A stretch of 64,000 nt of DNA from Mobula hypostoma (Eukaryota). Position 1 is the stretch's first letter; every line of letters starts with the position of its first letter. The position numbers were made by a program, and so were the translations under genes. Positions 39,401 through 50,908 of this stretch are shown piece after piece. The notes under the pieces were generated by a model, which was not told the origin of the DNA, ran no database searches, and saw nothing but the letters and a program-made list of their open reading frames with translations. The stretch lies in the NCBI RefSeq assembly GCF_963921235.1, contig NC_086097.1:56174001-56238000 (forward strand), read 5' to 3'.

Positions 39401-39555
39401 ATATATAAGTATATACAAAAGACTATCTAACATCCAACGTGCAGAGAATAAAACCACATCATACCCATAAAAAGACCTGCCTCACAAATCTTTTTGTTTT
39501 AAACTTTCCCCTTCTCACATTAAAACTATGCTCTATGAAAAAGAATCTGACTACT

Positions 39556-39792
39556 CACAAACAAAATAAAATCTGAAGACGCTGGAAATCTAAGCAGCAC
39601 ACACAAAATGCTGGAGGAACTCAGCAGGCCAGGCAGCATCTATGGAAAAGAGTACAGTCAACGTTTCAGGCCGAGACACTTGGGCAGGATTGGAGAACCC
39701 GATGAAGGATCTCGGAGTGAAACGTTGACTGTACTCTTTTCCATAGATGCTGCCTGGCCTGCTGAGATCCTCCAGCATTGTGTATGCGTTGC
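39556..39792. mobile_element. Fold-back Penelope-derived element, both hammerhead cores degenerate
   Basis: Long inverted arms (the ORF track shows mirror-image peptides on both strands); GAAACGTTGACTG on both arms. Confidence 0.75.
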
Positions 39793-41512
39793 CTGACCAT
39801 CTACTCTTTCTATGCCTTCACAAAAATTTATTCGCTTATCTCAGCTCACCCCACAGACTCCAACTGTCCAGAGAAAACAATCTAAATTTGTCCAACTTTT
39901 CGTTATAGCTAATAAATTCTATTGACATAGATGCTGCCTGGAATCTTCTCTACACTTTCTCCAAACTTTCCACATCCTTCCTGTAACATGCACACAATAT
40001 TCTGAATGTGACCTAAACAAAGAGCTTCAACATGACTTCCCAACATTCATACTCAATGACTTCTTTACCACCCTAGGTACTTGTGTTTCCACTTTCAGGG
40101 AGCTATGGACTTTCCAGATCCCTCTGTACATCAATGATCCCAAAGGTTCAGATATGTACTCTATACCTTCATCTTAAATTTGAAGTCCAAAAAGGCAAGC
40201 ATTAACCTGCTTATACCTTTCAGCAAATATTTCTAACTCTTCCACCACAATTGTCCTGGCTCACTGAGAGAAACAACTGACCAAAGACGGTATAACACTG
40301 TTAATGCTATAATCTGAGAATTTCACAGTATTAACTCCAGGCCACATATTGTTTTGGGATATTAGATCGAACAAACAGGAAAACTTATTGATTACATACC
40401 ACTTCTCCCTCAGTGAATGAACCTGTATTTCTCCATGTTAAACACTGTTTAAATCCCAGCTTCTCAAAGATATGCCACAATAAACAAAGCACTGGTAACT
40501 ATTGCATAGTATTAATCATTATCCATAAGAAATAGTATACTATACATCTTCTCAAGCTTTCACTGCCATTCATAACATCAAAGTATGTGAGAATCAATCC
40601 ACAAAAAAAACCTTAAATTGGAACACAGAATATTGTGATTTTTTTAAGAACCAGTCAAAATCTTAGCAATTTAAAATTGTTTAATACATAAATCTATACA
40701 ACTTGCGCACATCTGGAAATCTGCCACTTTATTGATAAAGAATATTTTGTTAGTAATTGGCTAAATTTTAAAATGGACTTCACAACCTGCAGTGAAGGGT
40801 AACATATTACCAAAATTTTTATCTTGTGTTATCAAGACAAGGCTAAATTCTTTACTGCTTTTCCGCAAATGGCAGAATCCACTTAAACTTAGAAATAACA
40901 AAAGTATTGAACTCAGGTAGATCACTTTTTCTTAATTTAGAGATACAGCATGGTAACTGTCCCGTTTGGTCCAATAAGCCCGTGCTGCCCAATTAACTAG
41001 TCCCACTCCAATACAGCAATTCATGGCCAGAGATTCACCTGTATTTAAGACACAGTTAGAGAGAATTAAGGACTATGAGGAAAAGGCAGCTAGGTGGAGC
41101 TGAGCCCACAGCCAGATCATCCATAACTTACAGAACAGCAGAGAAGGCTCAACAGGCTGGATGGCCTATTCCTGCTCCTATTTCTTTTGCTTTATGTTCT
41201 TATGTACTGCAACTTCCATTTTTACCCCTGGAATCTCTCAAATCTCTCAAATCTCAAGCTGTGGCATACTTCTTTTACTCAATTTTGCAATATCCCCCAG
41301 CATTGTGAAAACATGCCAAGCTCCACACGTACAATGTTAAAAGCTCTACCTCATAATCAACTCTCCTTCCCTGCAGCATATCCAATTTGTCAGGCTGCTT
41401 GCCCAGTACCTTGTATTATGCCCAAACCTGGGCTATAAACATCACCCAAATGCAAGCGACATACTACAATGACTGAAACCACTAGTTTTGGTATCCACCA
41501 CAAATTCTATTC

Positions 41513-41780
41513 CACACACTTAAAATGCTAGAGGAACTCAGCAGGTCGAGCAAATCTATGTAAAAGAGTAAACAGTCGACGTCTCTGGCTGAGGCCCTTC
41601 ATCAGGAAAGGAAGATTTGAACAACTTCAGGGTAGGCTTGCCTGGAAGAGACTTCACAGTGTAGTAGTAGCACAAACTGAGACCTGATGAAGGGTCTCAG
41701 CCTGAAACATCGACTGTTTATTTCATAGATGCTGCCTGACCTGCTAAGTTCCTCCAGCAGCTGCAGATTTTCTCGTTTTT
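41513..41780. mobile_element. Fold-back Penelope-derived element with ~75-bp spacer
   Basis: Inverted arms; plus arm CTGATGA AGGGTCTCAGCCT GAAAC ATC at 41684-41711. Confidence 0.7.
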
Positions 41781-42346
41781 GCTACAAACTCTATTTCCTT
41801 GTTTTCCATCTGTTCTCCACCTTTTCCGCAGTCATGCTTTAAGACTTAAGCAGTCCATTTCCAAAATCTGTGCCCAAATTTTTAACATCTAACTTAATAA
41901 CTGAAAGAATTATTCACTTTTTTATTGTTCAATTACGAAGTATCTTGGGCTGCATTTGGATATTATTGAAAATCTGATAGTGCCCACAGAACCAAGAATC
42001 ATCACTTTAAGGTGAGAAGCAAAGAAATTAGACATTGTTAATCAAATAGCTAAACAAAGAAATCAATTTACTTCCATCACCATCTGGCAACACTGCACAA
42101 TCTATTCTTCCTAAGCAGTTGAGGAAGTACCACTAGCATAACATCACAACGCTGATCTGCCACTAAAAATTCCAGAATACAAACTATTAATTTTTGTTTT
42201 AAAAATAGCAGCCTAGTTCTACATAAAATAATGTAATTTTGAAATTTAGGGACAATAAATATATATTTTAGTTTGATTCATAATCTGTCAAAGGTTTGAC
42301 AAGTAACTATCATTACAAGTTTACTCTTGCAATTCATTACTGAATA

Positions 42347-43193
42347 CAAGTGCACATTCCTTTATCCGAAATTCTGAAATCCAAAAGGCTCTGAAAACCG
42401 AAGTTTTCTTCACCAACAGCTGACGTCACTCAGGTGTGACGTGGCAGCACTAGCAAGAGGCCACCAGACGTCAGTTGTGGCTCAGCGCTCGTACTGGTTA
42501 CACGTGCATTTGCTCGCTGATATTTTGTGTTCGCTGTTGACTTTGTGTTTAATTTCACTGTGAAAGTGTCAAAAAGTGTTGCAGATACCCCTATGGGTAA
42601 CAATGAGAAAAAGAGAAGGAAGCATCTATCATTATCAATAACGCAGAAAGTGGAGTTATTGCAGAAGCTTGATCGTGGTGTGTCTGTGTGGTGTCTTACT
42701 GAAGAAAGTAGTGTTGGAACTACCACTGTATATGATTTAAATAAACAGAAAGACAAGTTACTGAAGTTTTATAAGTGACAGTGACGTTCTACATTTATTC
42801 CAATAAGTCATTTACCATGTGTTTGATTCGGTTCATTTGAAGCTGTACATTTTTATGTTTTATTGAATGTTTTTGTTGGAATAAAATTTTTTCTTGTCAT
42901 TATTCCCTAAACAATACAGTTTAACAACTATTTACATAGCATTTACATTGTATTAGGTATTATAAGTAATCTAGAGATGATTTAAACCTATACGGGAGGA
43001 CGTGCGTAGGTTTGGTGTGCCACCAGGTCCTAAAGTCCACTGCACTGAAACAAGCTAAATAAAGGACTTGAGCATATGTGTTTTTTGGTATCCGGGGGGT
43101 GGGGGTGGGGAAGGGGGGGTCTGAAATCTGAAAAATTCTTAATTCCGAAATGCAACTGGCCCCAAGGGATTCGGAAAAGGGATTGTGGACCTG
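42347..43193 (+). mobile_element. Tigger/pogo DNA transposon deletion derivative
   Basis: TA target sites 42345-6 and 43194-5; imperfect TIRs CAAGTGCACATTCCTTTATCCGAA / CAGGTCCACAATCCCTTTTCCGAA; CENP-B-type HTH remnant KRKHLSLSITQKVELLQKLDRG. Confidence 0.88.
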
Positions 43194-43289
43194 TATTTGC
43201 ATATCTTAAGAACAAAAAGATTAAGTGAATAAACAAAAAAGAGATTTGGTCAACAAGTCTCAAATTAAACTAACCACACATTTCAGCAC

Positions 43290-43725
43290 CAGGTCCTTCC
43301 CCCATCTGGTTCCATCTGCCATTCATCTTGTCCCTAATGATTCCCACTATTACCCTTCATACTCATCAGATTCCTGCATTGGTAGCCTTTGTGCTACTGC
43401 TATCACCCTCCTTGCCAGCTTCATCTTCACATTCCCTACCCCTTGCATGAGTCCATCTGCTCTTTCTTCTTGTCTACTTCTACTTACCACTACCTGCCTC
43501 CATCTACCCATACTCAGTTCAATTATCACCTACTGGTCGTTCTCACCTTTCCCTTCTTTTTTTCTTTATATAGGCCATCTTCCCTCTCCACTTTGAGTCC
43601 TAATGCAGATTCTCAATGAAAAATGTAGACAATTCTTCTCCCCCACAGATACTGCTCGGCCCACTGAATCCCACCAACAGTTTGTATTTTTGCTCCAGAT
43701 TCCAGCATCTACATTCTCATGTCTG
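43290..43725 (+). mobile_element. Old Penelope-like 3' UTR fragment next to the exon 3 donor
   Basis: CT-rich tract followed by family tail GCTCCAGATTCCAGCATCT. Confidence 0.5.
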
Positions 43726-43745
43726 AGAGCACAGTTACTACTGAC

Positions 43746-43893
43746 CTGATTGCTTTTCTGTAATTCTTGAACCTTCTTTGCAAACTCTTTAGCTTCTTTC
43801 TGGCACTGTTGTTCCAGCTTCTCTACCTTCCTTTGGATGCGTTCATCCAGCATCTTCAGCTCCTCGATGTGATCCACAAATTCTTCCAAAAGC
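43746..43893 (-). CDS. EXOC5: EXOC5 exon 3 (RLLEEFVDHIEELKMLDERIQRKVEKLEQQCQKEAKEFAKKVQELQKSNQ)
   Basis: Inside ORF 43566-43916; CAG| and |GTCAGT; 148 nt. Confidence 0.96.
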
Positions 43894-44254
43894 CTGTGGT
43901 GCAAGATTATAGTCATCCAAAATTTTCAATATGAGATTTAGATAAAAGAAAGTTACTGTTCATTTAAAAAACAATCTACTTATGGCTTCTAATACACACA
44001 GATACCATTATATAACTTGGTTTCCAGTTTGACTGTTAATAGTGGGATAATGCAGGTAATGATTTCATTCATTCCACTAACCATGAGCACAGGGCCACAT
44101 TACAAAGAGTTTTCATAGACAGCATTAAATGAATTTCACCAGAAATAACAATACACTAGACTGAAATTGAGTTCAAATTTACAAACACCAATTCTCCCTT
44201 TTTTCTTACTTTTTAAATATTCGAAATATAAATAATTAAACAGTTCAATAAATG

Positions 44255-44700
44255 GTATTAGTTTATTATTGTCAGATATACCAAGATACAGTGAAAAGCT
44301 TGTCATGCATGTTGTTCATACAGATCAGATCGTTACATAGTACATTGAGGAAGAATAAGGTATAGTATAACAATAACAATGCACAGCAAAGTAACATCTA
44401 AGAGAAGGTACAGTGCAGGTAAACAATAAAGTGCAAGATCATTATGAGGTAGATTGTGAAGACAAGAGTTCATCCTGTCAAATAAAAGGTCAATTCACAA
44501 GTCTGATAACACTGGGAAAGAAGCTGTCCTTGAGCCTAGTACTAGCATCTTCTTCTTGATGGGAGAGGGAATCAGGAAAAATGTCTGGGGTAGGTGGGGT
44601 CTTTGATTATGCTGGTTGCTTTACTGAGACAGCAAGAGGATAGACAAAGCCCACAGAGGGAATGTTGGTTTCTGTGATGTGCTGAGCTGTGTCCACAACT
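44255..44700 (-). mobile_element. Rex1/L2-like LINE 3' fragment
   Basis: IIKDPTYP...PS motif remnant on the minus strand and a typical 3' UTR. Confidence 0.55.
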
Positions 44701-45164
44701 CCCAATAAATTGAACAGCTGCCACTAATACACCTCTACAAGATTTCCATCCTTAAACATTTGTTATAGCTCCATCTCTTGTGGCTGGTTAGCACACATTT
44801 AGATCTTTGTCTTCCTATTTCACCTCTAATCTTGATTGAGATCCTTATATACCCATTCCGACATCTTTCCCTTCCAATGAAGAAAACTACTTAGTTCATT
44901 CCCTGCTCTTGCTCAGTACATAGAATATGGAGATAAGGAGCAGGGAGGACAGGGTCATATTCTGTTAACTTGCTTCCAATGCTGCTCACCTCACAAATTT
45001 CATACATCATGGCCTACTCCACATTTCAATCAACTTCCAGCATCTGCAGATTTCCTCATGTTTCCACATTTCAATAGCCTTTTTGTAGAAACGTGCTTCA
45101 ATTCTGTACCCTTGATTGAAAGCTGATTTGCTGAATTTTAACTGGCTATAATAACCAGTTCGCT

Positions 45165-45587
45165 CTTGGACTGTATTCCTTGGAGTTAAGAATGAGGGGA
45201 GACCTCATAGAAACATTTCGAATGTTGAAAGGCATGGACAGAGTGGATGTGGCAAAGTTGTTCCCCATGATGGGGGAGTCTAGTACGAGAGGGCACGACT
45301 TAAGGATTGAAGGGCGCCCATTCAGAACAGAAATGCGAAGAAATTTTTTTAGTCAGAGGGTGGTGAATCTATGGAATTTGTTACCACGGGCAGCAGTAGA
45401 GGCCAAGTCATTGGGTGTAGTTAAGGCAGAGATTGATAGGTATCTGAGTAGCCAGGGCATCAAAGGTTATGGTGAGAAGGTGGGGGAGTGGGACTAAATG
45501 GGTGAATGGATCAGCTCATGATAAAATGGGAGAGCAGACTCGATGGGCCGAATGGCCGACTTCTGCTCCTTTGTCTTATGGTCTTAC
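45165..45587 (+). mobile_element. CR1 3' end
   Basis: ORF 45180-45497 RGDLIETF...RRNFFSQRVVNLWN. Confidence 0.9.
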
Positions 45588-46444
45588 TATACCTTTCCTC
45601 TAATTCTGCAACCCACAATAGCCACTCTTCGTCTCCTGCCCTCACCAAGTACACCCAAAATTTCTGAATCCGTTTGCTTTCAAATAGACATTTTCTGATC
45701 TTTATTCCAAGCCATTTTCTCCCCAAGTATTCCCAAAGATTTCGATATTGAAATTGAAATCTGGCCTTCTGAGGCATTTAGAGGAACTTTAGAGTCAAAG
45801 TTATTGAGACATACAGCAAGAAAACAGGCTATTCAACCACCACATCCACACTAATGGTCTCTCCCAGCACTTGCAGTCTACGCAATTCAAGTGCTTATCT
45901 ACAGACTTCAACACTACTTCATATACTCTTTTCAAGCAAATGAGAAAAAGATCTCCTTCCATCTCCTCTGAATCTCTTCCCCTTTATTCCAAATCTGTTT
46001 TACCCTATCAAACATCCACCGCCCAATATTTTACACCTCAATCTTGGCCCCTCTTAACTTATTCCACTCCAGGGAAAACAGACTTGCCTTCTCTAGTACT
46101 ACTCATAACTGAAACACTCCATCACAGGCAACATCTTGGTGAATCTCCTCTCAGATGCTTCCTGTGGTGTGGCACCCAGAACTGTACGCACCGTACTCCA
46201 GTTGAGACCCAGCCAAATTTTCAAAGAAGTTCAAGCATAATCTCTCTGTTTTTGTATTCAAAGCCTTTCCTAACCAGATTATCTACAGTACTTCCTCTGC
46301 TACATTGAAGGATCTCCGGACTTGTACTCCAAGATCCCCCTGTTCATCAATGCTCCCTGGGACACTACCATTCATAGCAAATGTCAGCTTAATGATCACT
46401 TCCAAAATGCATCACCTCACATTTAGCCGGATTGAATTTTATCT

Positions 46445-46574
46445 TTCAAATCTCTTACTAACTCTTCCTTCAGTTAGTCCTGACGAAGGGTCTCAGCCTG
46501 AAACGTCGACTGTACCTCTTCCTAGAGATGCTGCCTGGCCTGCTGCGTTCACCAGCAACTTTGATGTGCGTTGC
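46445..46574 (+). mobile_element. Short Penelope-derived insertion carrying the hammerhead, inside an older CR1
   Basis: 13-bp direct repeat TTGAATTTTATCT at 46432-46444 and 46575-46587. Confidence 0.75.
46475..46512 (+). ncRNA. Minimal type I hammerhead ribozyme motif of Penelope-like-element type
   Basis: UAGUC-CUGACGA-AGG(GUCUCAG)CCU-GAAAC-GUC/GACUG: core intact, helix I and II pair, palindromic ACGU helix III; predicted cut after C46507. Confidence 0.7.
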
Positions 46575-46689
46575 TTGAATTTTATCTGTCATTTTTCAGC
46601 CAATTCACCACTCTAAAGCCAAAAACCACCCTCTATAGTATCCACAACACTACCAATCTTTATGTTATCTGCAAATTTACTAATCATAA

Positions 46690-47078
46690 ACAGAAGAGAT
46701 TCCATAGATGCTGAAAGTACAAAGCAACACACACAAAATGCTGGAGCAACTCAGCAAGTCAGGCAGTATCCCTTCATCAGCACTGGAAAGGAGAAGATGC
46801 CTGAATAAAAGGAGGGAGAAGGGGCAGAGGACAAGCTAGAAGGTGATAAGTGAAGCCAGGTGATTGACGGAAGGGTGATAAAGTAAGAAGATGGGGTGTG
46901 ATAAGTGGAAAAGGTGAATGGCAAGAGAAAGAATCTGATAGGAGAGCAGAGTGGATCATGGGAGAAAGGGAATGAGGAGAGTACCAAGGGGAGGTGATAG
47001 GTAGGTGAGAAGTAGTAACAGGCTAGACTGGGGAAATGAAGAAGGAAGGGGGATGTGGAAAATTACCAGAAGTTGAAG
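46690..47078 (-). mobile_element. Penelope-like 3' fragment with internal deletion through the hammerhead
   Basis: Family tail ACACAAAATGCTGGAGCAACTCAGCA; CTGATGA kept, GAAAC half missing. Confidence 0.6.
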
Positions 47079-47084
47079 GATCAT

Positions 47085-47835
47085 AATTTGGATGACCTTT
47101 ATAAACTTAATTATCTCCCCTTGCTGCACAATGTCGAGGAGGACCTATGTAGGTGAATAAACCTTCCCATCACACTGATGGGCAGGGTAAACTGCATAAA
47201 AATGAAGATTTTTTTCAGTCTTTACCTATCCCATTATCCAATAATTTTTTAAAGATTCTCAATGGACATATTCGTCTATCTTATGGTCCGGTTAAATATC
47301 TAGAATCTCCGTGGAAAAATTGACCTGGGACTATAAATTAGGAGGGTTAAAATTACCAGATTTTAAAAAATATTATTTAGCTGCACAAGCACGTTTTATT
47401 GCTTCTTTTTTTGATGAGACAACTATTCCTTCTTGGGTTACAATTGGCTTACATATGGTAGGAGAAGAGATGGCAGAAAAATTTATATATAAATGGGACT
47501 CCAAATTAATTAAAAAAGAAAACATGCAATCCTCTACTGAGACATGTAATTTATATCTGGGAAAAAAATTAAACAATTTATGGTTCAAAAAGTAGGAATA
47601 TCCTCAAGGACACCTCTATCTCAGAACAGGTGGGTAATAATGACTCTGGGTAATAAATTTCTAGTCACCTGGTATCAACACGGTATCAGGTGCATTGAAG
47701 ATTGTTATAATCAGCAGAAGCAATTTATGTCCTTTGAGGGACTTAATAATAAATATAATTTATCTAATAACACATTCTTCTGCTATCTCCAATTACAATC
47801 TTTTTTGAGGGACTGTTTGGGTCCATCTCTGGCTC
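47085..47835 (+). mobile_element. L1/Tx1-clade LINE ORF2 fragment (post-RT region)
   Basis: LPITLMGRVNCIKM, GGLKLPDFKKYYLAAQ, FFCYLQLQSFL. Confidence 0.8.
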
Positions 47836-48101
47836 AAATATGTATTTTTGTATTTTAGTTCAAATATGTTTAATTACAAGTCAGTAAGACTACACATAGC
47901 CTTCACATTCAAACTATCCAAAGCACAGAATTAGTTCAGCTGAATAACTTGCATTTTCTTTAAGAAAATGAATCATTACATTAACAAGGTTTATATAAAA
48001 ATTGCGACAAATACTTTGTGTATTGCACTTTACTATATTCAGGAAATGTCAATAAAGTGAGGTAGCTAACAATATTCACCAATTCTACCAATACTTCAAA
48101 T

Positions 48102-48535
48102 TGTAATGTCCATACCGATTCATTATTCAGTCGGAGAAACCACTCAGAGGCCACGTTTTCGCTCGATCAAATCTTTATTTAATTTGATCCGAGGAGAGGT
48201 AACCACCATACACATCTGCAGCGTCTGGCAATCAACTCTGCCTTGCACGAGTACAAGGTTACATTTATATCCAAAAGGAATGGTTTCAGTTAGCACCTGT
48301 TTCCCCTGTCCACGCTTATGACGGTTTTGTGGTTAGCAATTTCATCATGGTCACAACAACTTCACGTGCAGAGGTACAGGTCAGTAAGCACTTCTATTCT
48401 AAGAGATGAGCATGCAGTTGCAACATCCTAACCATGCCCAGTTCTTTGTCTAGTTCCCGCCCCTGCTATATTTTCCAGGTCACATACACCACTTAACCCT
48501 TCCTATCCCGTACTCCAACCCCCTTTTCACTTACA
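48102..48535 (-). mobile_element. Probable solo LTR
   Basis: TGTAA...TTACA termini, 434 bp; minus-strand TATAAA 48264-48269 upstream of AATAAA 48174-48179; no clean TSD. Confidence 0.6.
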
Positions 48536-49130
48536 CAGTAAATGCCATTTTTAAATTACTAGTTAACAGAAACAGTAAACAATCACCATGAAGGCAAGGT
48601 ACAGGTGAGCAGCTGAGCTAATCTGAAAAGTGCACGGTAGTACTGTACTGCTCATCACCTCAACAAACCAAGAAATTTATTACAATAACAAGTAATCTTT
48701 TCAAATATAGAGACTAACCTTCAAGTATGAAAGCAGTTTGAAACACATGACAAAATACTTATCAGTAAAAGAAATGCAGAATTGTAAGTTCACAGAACAC
48801 AAGTGGAATAAGTAGACTTACTAAATTTATAACATGTTTCAAGACAAGATAAACCCCAATTCTTGTACTTCCTTTCAGTTGACATACTTTAGGGTAGAAA
48901 TTACATGGCTCTGAAAATTACTCATATGTAGAAAAAAAAACCAAAGAAATGAAAATCAATACATCATAAAAGCATTTATTTTCCTTCTGATGAAAACAAA
49001 AACCTGTCATGGCCAATTACTTTAAATCCACTAACAAATATGCATTAGCTTCAAGTGTTCACATTTTCCAATGAGGATAATTTCATAAATAAAGATCAAC
49101 TTTGTTCAAATTTCATTAAAAATCCATTAC

Positions 49131-49225
49131 CTTTTTGGATCAAAGGCTTCTGCCCCACCTTTGGAACCTCCACCCGGTGTTCTCCATGCCAGGCGTTCAA
49201 TGTACTCATCAACATCAAAAGGTTC
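49131..49225 (-). CDS. EXOC5: EXOC5 exon 2 (EPFDVDEYIERLAWRTPGGGSKGGAEAFDPK)
   Basis: TTTTCAG| acceptor, |GTAATG donor, 95 nt; peptide matches EXOC5. Confidence 0.96.
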
Positions 49226-49419
49226 CTGAAAACAAAATAAAAACCTGCTTTACAACAACCAGCAGAAATGCATGTCTGAACTGTGAAATATTAAAAGTAA
49301 TAGAAATTTTGGCACAATTAAGACAAATTGGCAGAATGTCCATGATGCCAAAGTTAAAGAATTAAGGAATTTTCTATTTTGGGGATATCCCAGAATGAGA
49401 AAACTTCGCTACAAGCTTG

Positions 49420-49645
49420 AGAGCTCAGTGGGGGGTGTCAATGCTTTTTACTGGTGGGGGGGGAGAGGGTTCGTTGCTTTGCTGCTGCTTATGTGGGGGG
49501 GGAGTTGGGGGGTTGGGGTTCTAACTTTTAACTGTTATTCATTCTTTGGGGCACTCCTCTGTTTTCGTGGATATTTGCAAAGAAAAAGAATTTCAGGATG
49601 TATATTGTATACATTTCATTGACATTATACGTACCTATTGAAATA
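49420..49645 (+). repeat. Interspersed repeat, same family as 1-275
   Basis: Direct sequence similarity to 1-275. Confidence 0.6.
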
Positions 49646-50256
49646 TTAAGACCATCTTATCCATAAAATCTTCTTGTGACTGTAATCAAAGTCACCAGAG
49701 GATACTGAAGCTGGTGATATAGAATTCATCATAACAAATGGGCTTTCTTCTGGCAATGCTCTAGTCTCACAAAGCCAAAAGTACATCCCATTTTTATAAC
49801 CATGAGATCAAAGGTAACAGCAGGTGATTCAATACAATTTCAATAGTTAAAATGACATTGTTTACTTCAATGTTTTGGGTTGACAATGATTCCATTGAAT
49901 TACATATCTACAGAGGGAGACACCTCTGAATGTTCAAACATCTTTGTCACCAAGTAATTAGCACAAATAGTCTTAAAAAGCTCCTGGGGACAGAAATTCC
50001 ATGACACCCAAAATTAATGTTGTCAGGGCTATCTGAGTACACAAAAAAACTATTGATTGCCTATACCTGTGACCATTATGCTAAGTAACATCATTAGCCT
50101 GGTCTGCCAGCTTGAACTCAAGTGACGATGGTGCAATTGACGTAGCCATGTTGCCTGGTTTGATGCAGGCCAATTAGCACAACCCCATTGTCTTAACGTT
50201 TGGCTGATGCATATCCAAACGTCTCATGGTCAGCATTTTACAAACCATAGCTCTTA

Positions 50257-50702
50257 AGCCTGATTTGTACTTCTGTGTCAAATGTACGCAGTAGGTACCG
50301 TGTACCCTACGCCATAGGGTGACATGCACCTCCCCAAAAAAGTAACTCACGCGTCGCGGCAACACAAACCGCAACAACTGTGATTGGTCTGCTTGGTAGC
50401 ATCACATTTCCTCCTACGCATTTCTGGTCTGTACACTGATGCGAAATAAGTGGTTGGAGATGATGAAACAAATCGTCAAATCTACCTGACACCATCTGAA
50501 AATATTTGAAATGCATTTCCTCGTCCATGTCTCTCATGAAGAAACTCAACACAGTGGCATAGAAACCCCACCGCCAACTAGCGTTTTGGCGGTGAATTGC
50601 ACAGCGACGCAGACACAACGCATGCTCGCTATGGCATAGGGCTACGCAGAAGTATAAATCAGGCCTACGGCGTAGCCAGTACACACAAGTATAAATCAGG
50701 CT
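50257..50702 (-). mobile_element. PIF/Harbinger non-autonomous DNA transposon
   Basis: TTA TSDs at 50254-6 and 50703-5; TIR AGCCTGATTT(G/A)TACTT; transposase remnant [28 protein letters not shown]. Confidence 0.85.
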
Positions 50703-50908
50703 TTAGTCTGTAGGCAACCTGTGCTCCACCAAGTGCAAAGGCACGTTTTTACCTTCAATTTACTGCTTGCAATTTACAATCCACATTAAGAACTGAAGTT
50801 TGGCTCTTCTTTGAATTAATATCTGCTATATTCACATAGCTCCAGAAAACTCCCTAACAAATCTCAAATAAAATACTCTTTCATTGATCAATGTTGTCAG
50901 AAAAGATA

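Larger units (their letters stand above)
45790..46690 (-). mobile_element. Degraded CR1, host of the hammerhead insertion
   Basis: Reverse-strand remnants of SKFADNIKIG, KCEVMHF and QFWVPH. Confidence 0.65.

Noticed and set aside
39590..39796. Mirror-image ORFs on both strands; also considered a CRISPR-like or toxin-antitoxin-like arrangement
   Set aside because: Explained by the inverted repeat; no repeat-spacer periodicity, and the context is a vertebrate intron.
42527..42778. Domesticated CENP-B/JRK-like gene
   Set aside because: Only the N-terminal HTH is present, it ends in a stop, and it lies between TIRs with TA target sites: a deleted transposon.
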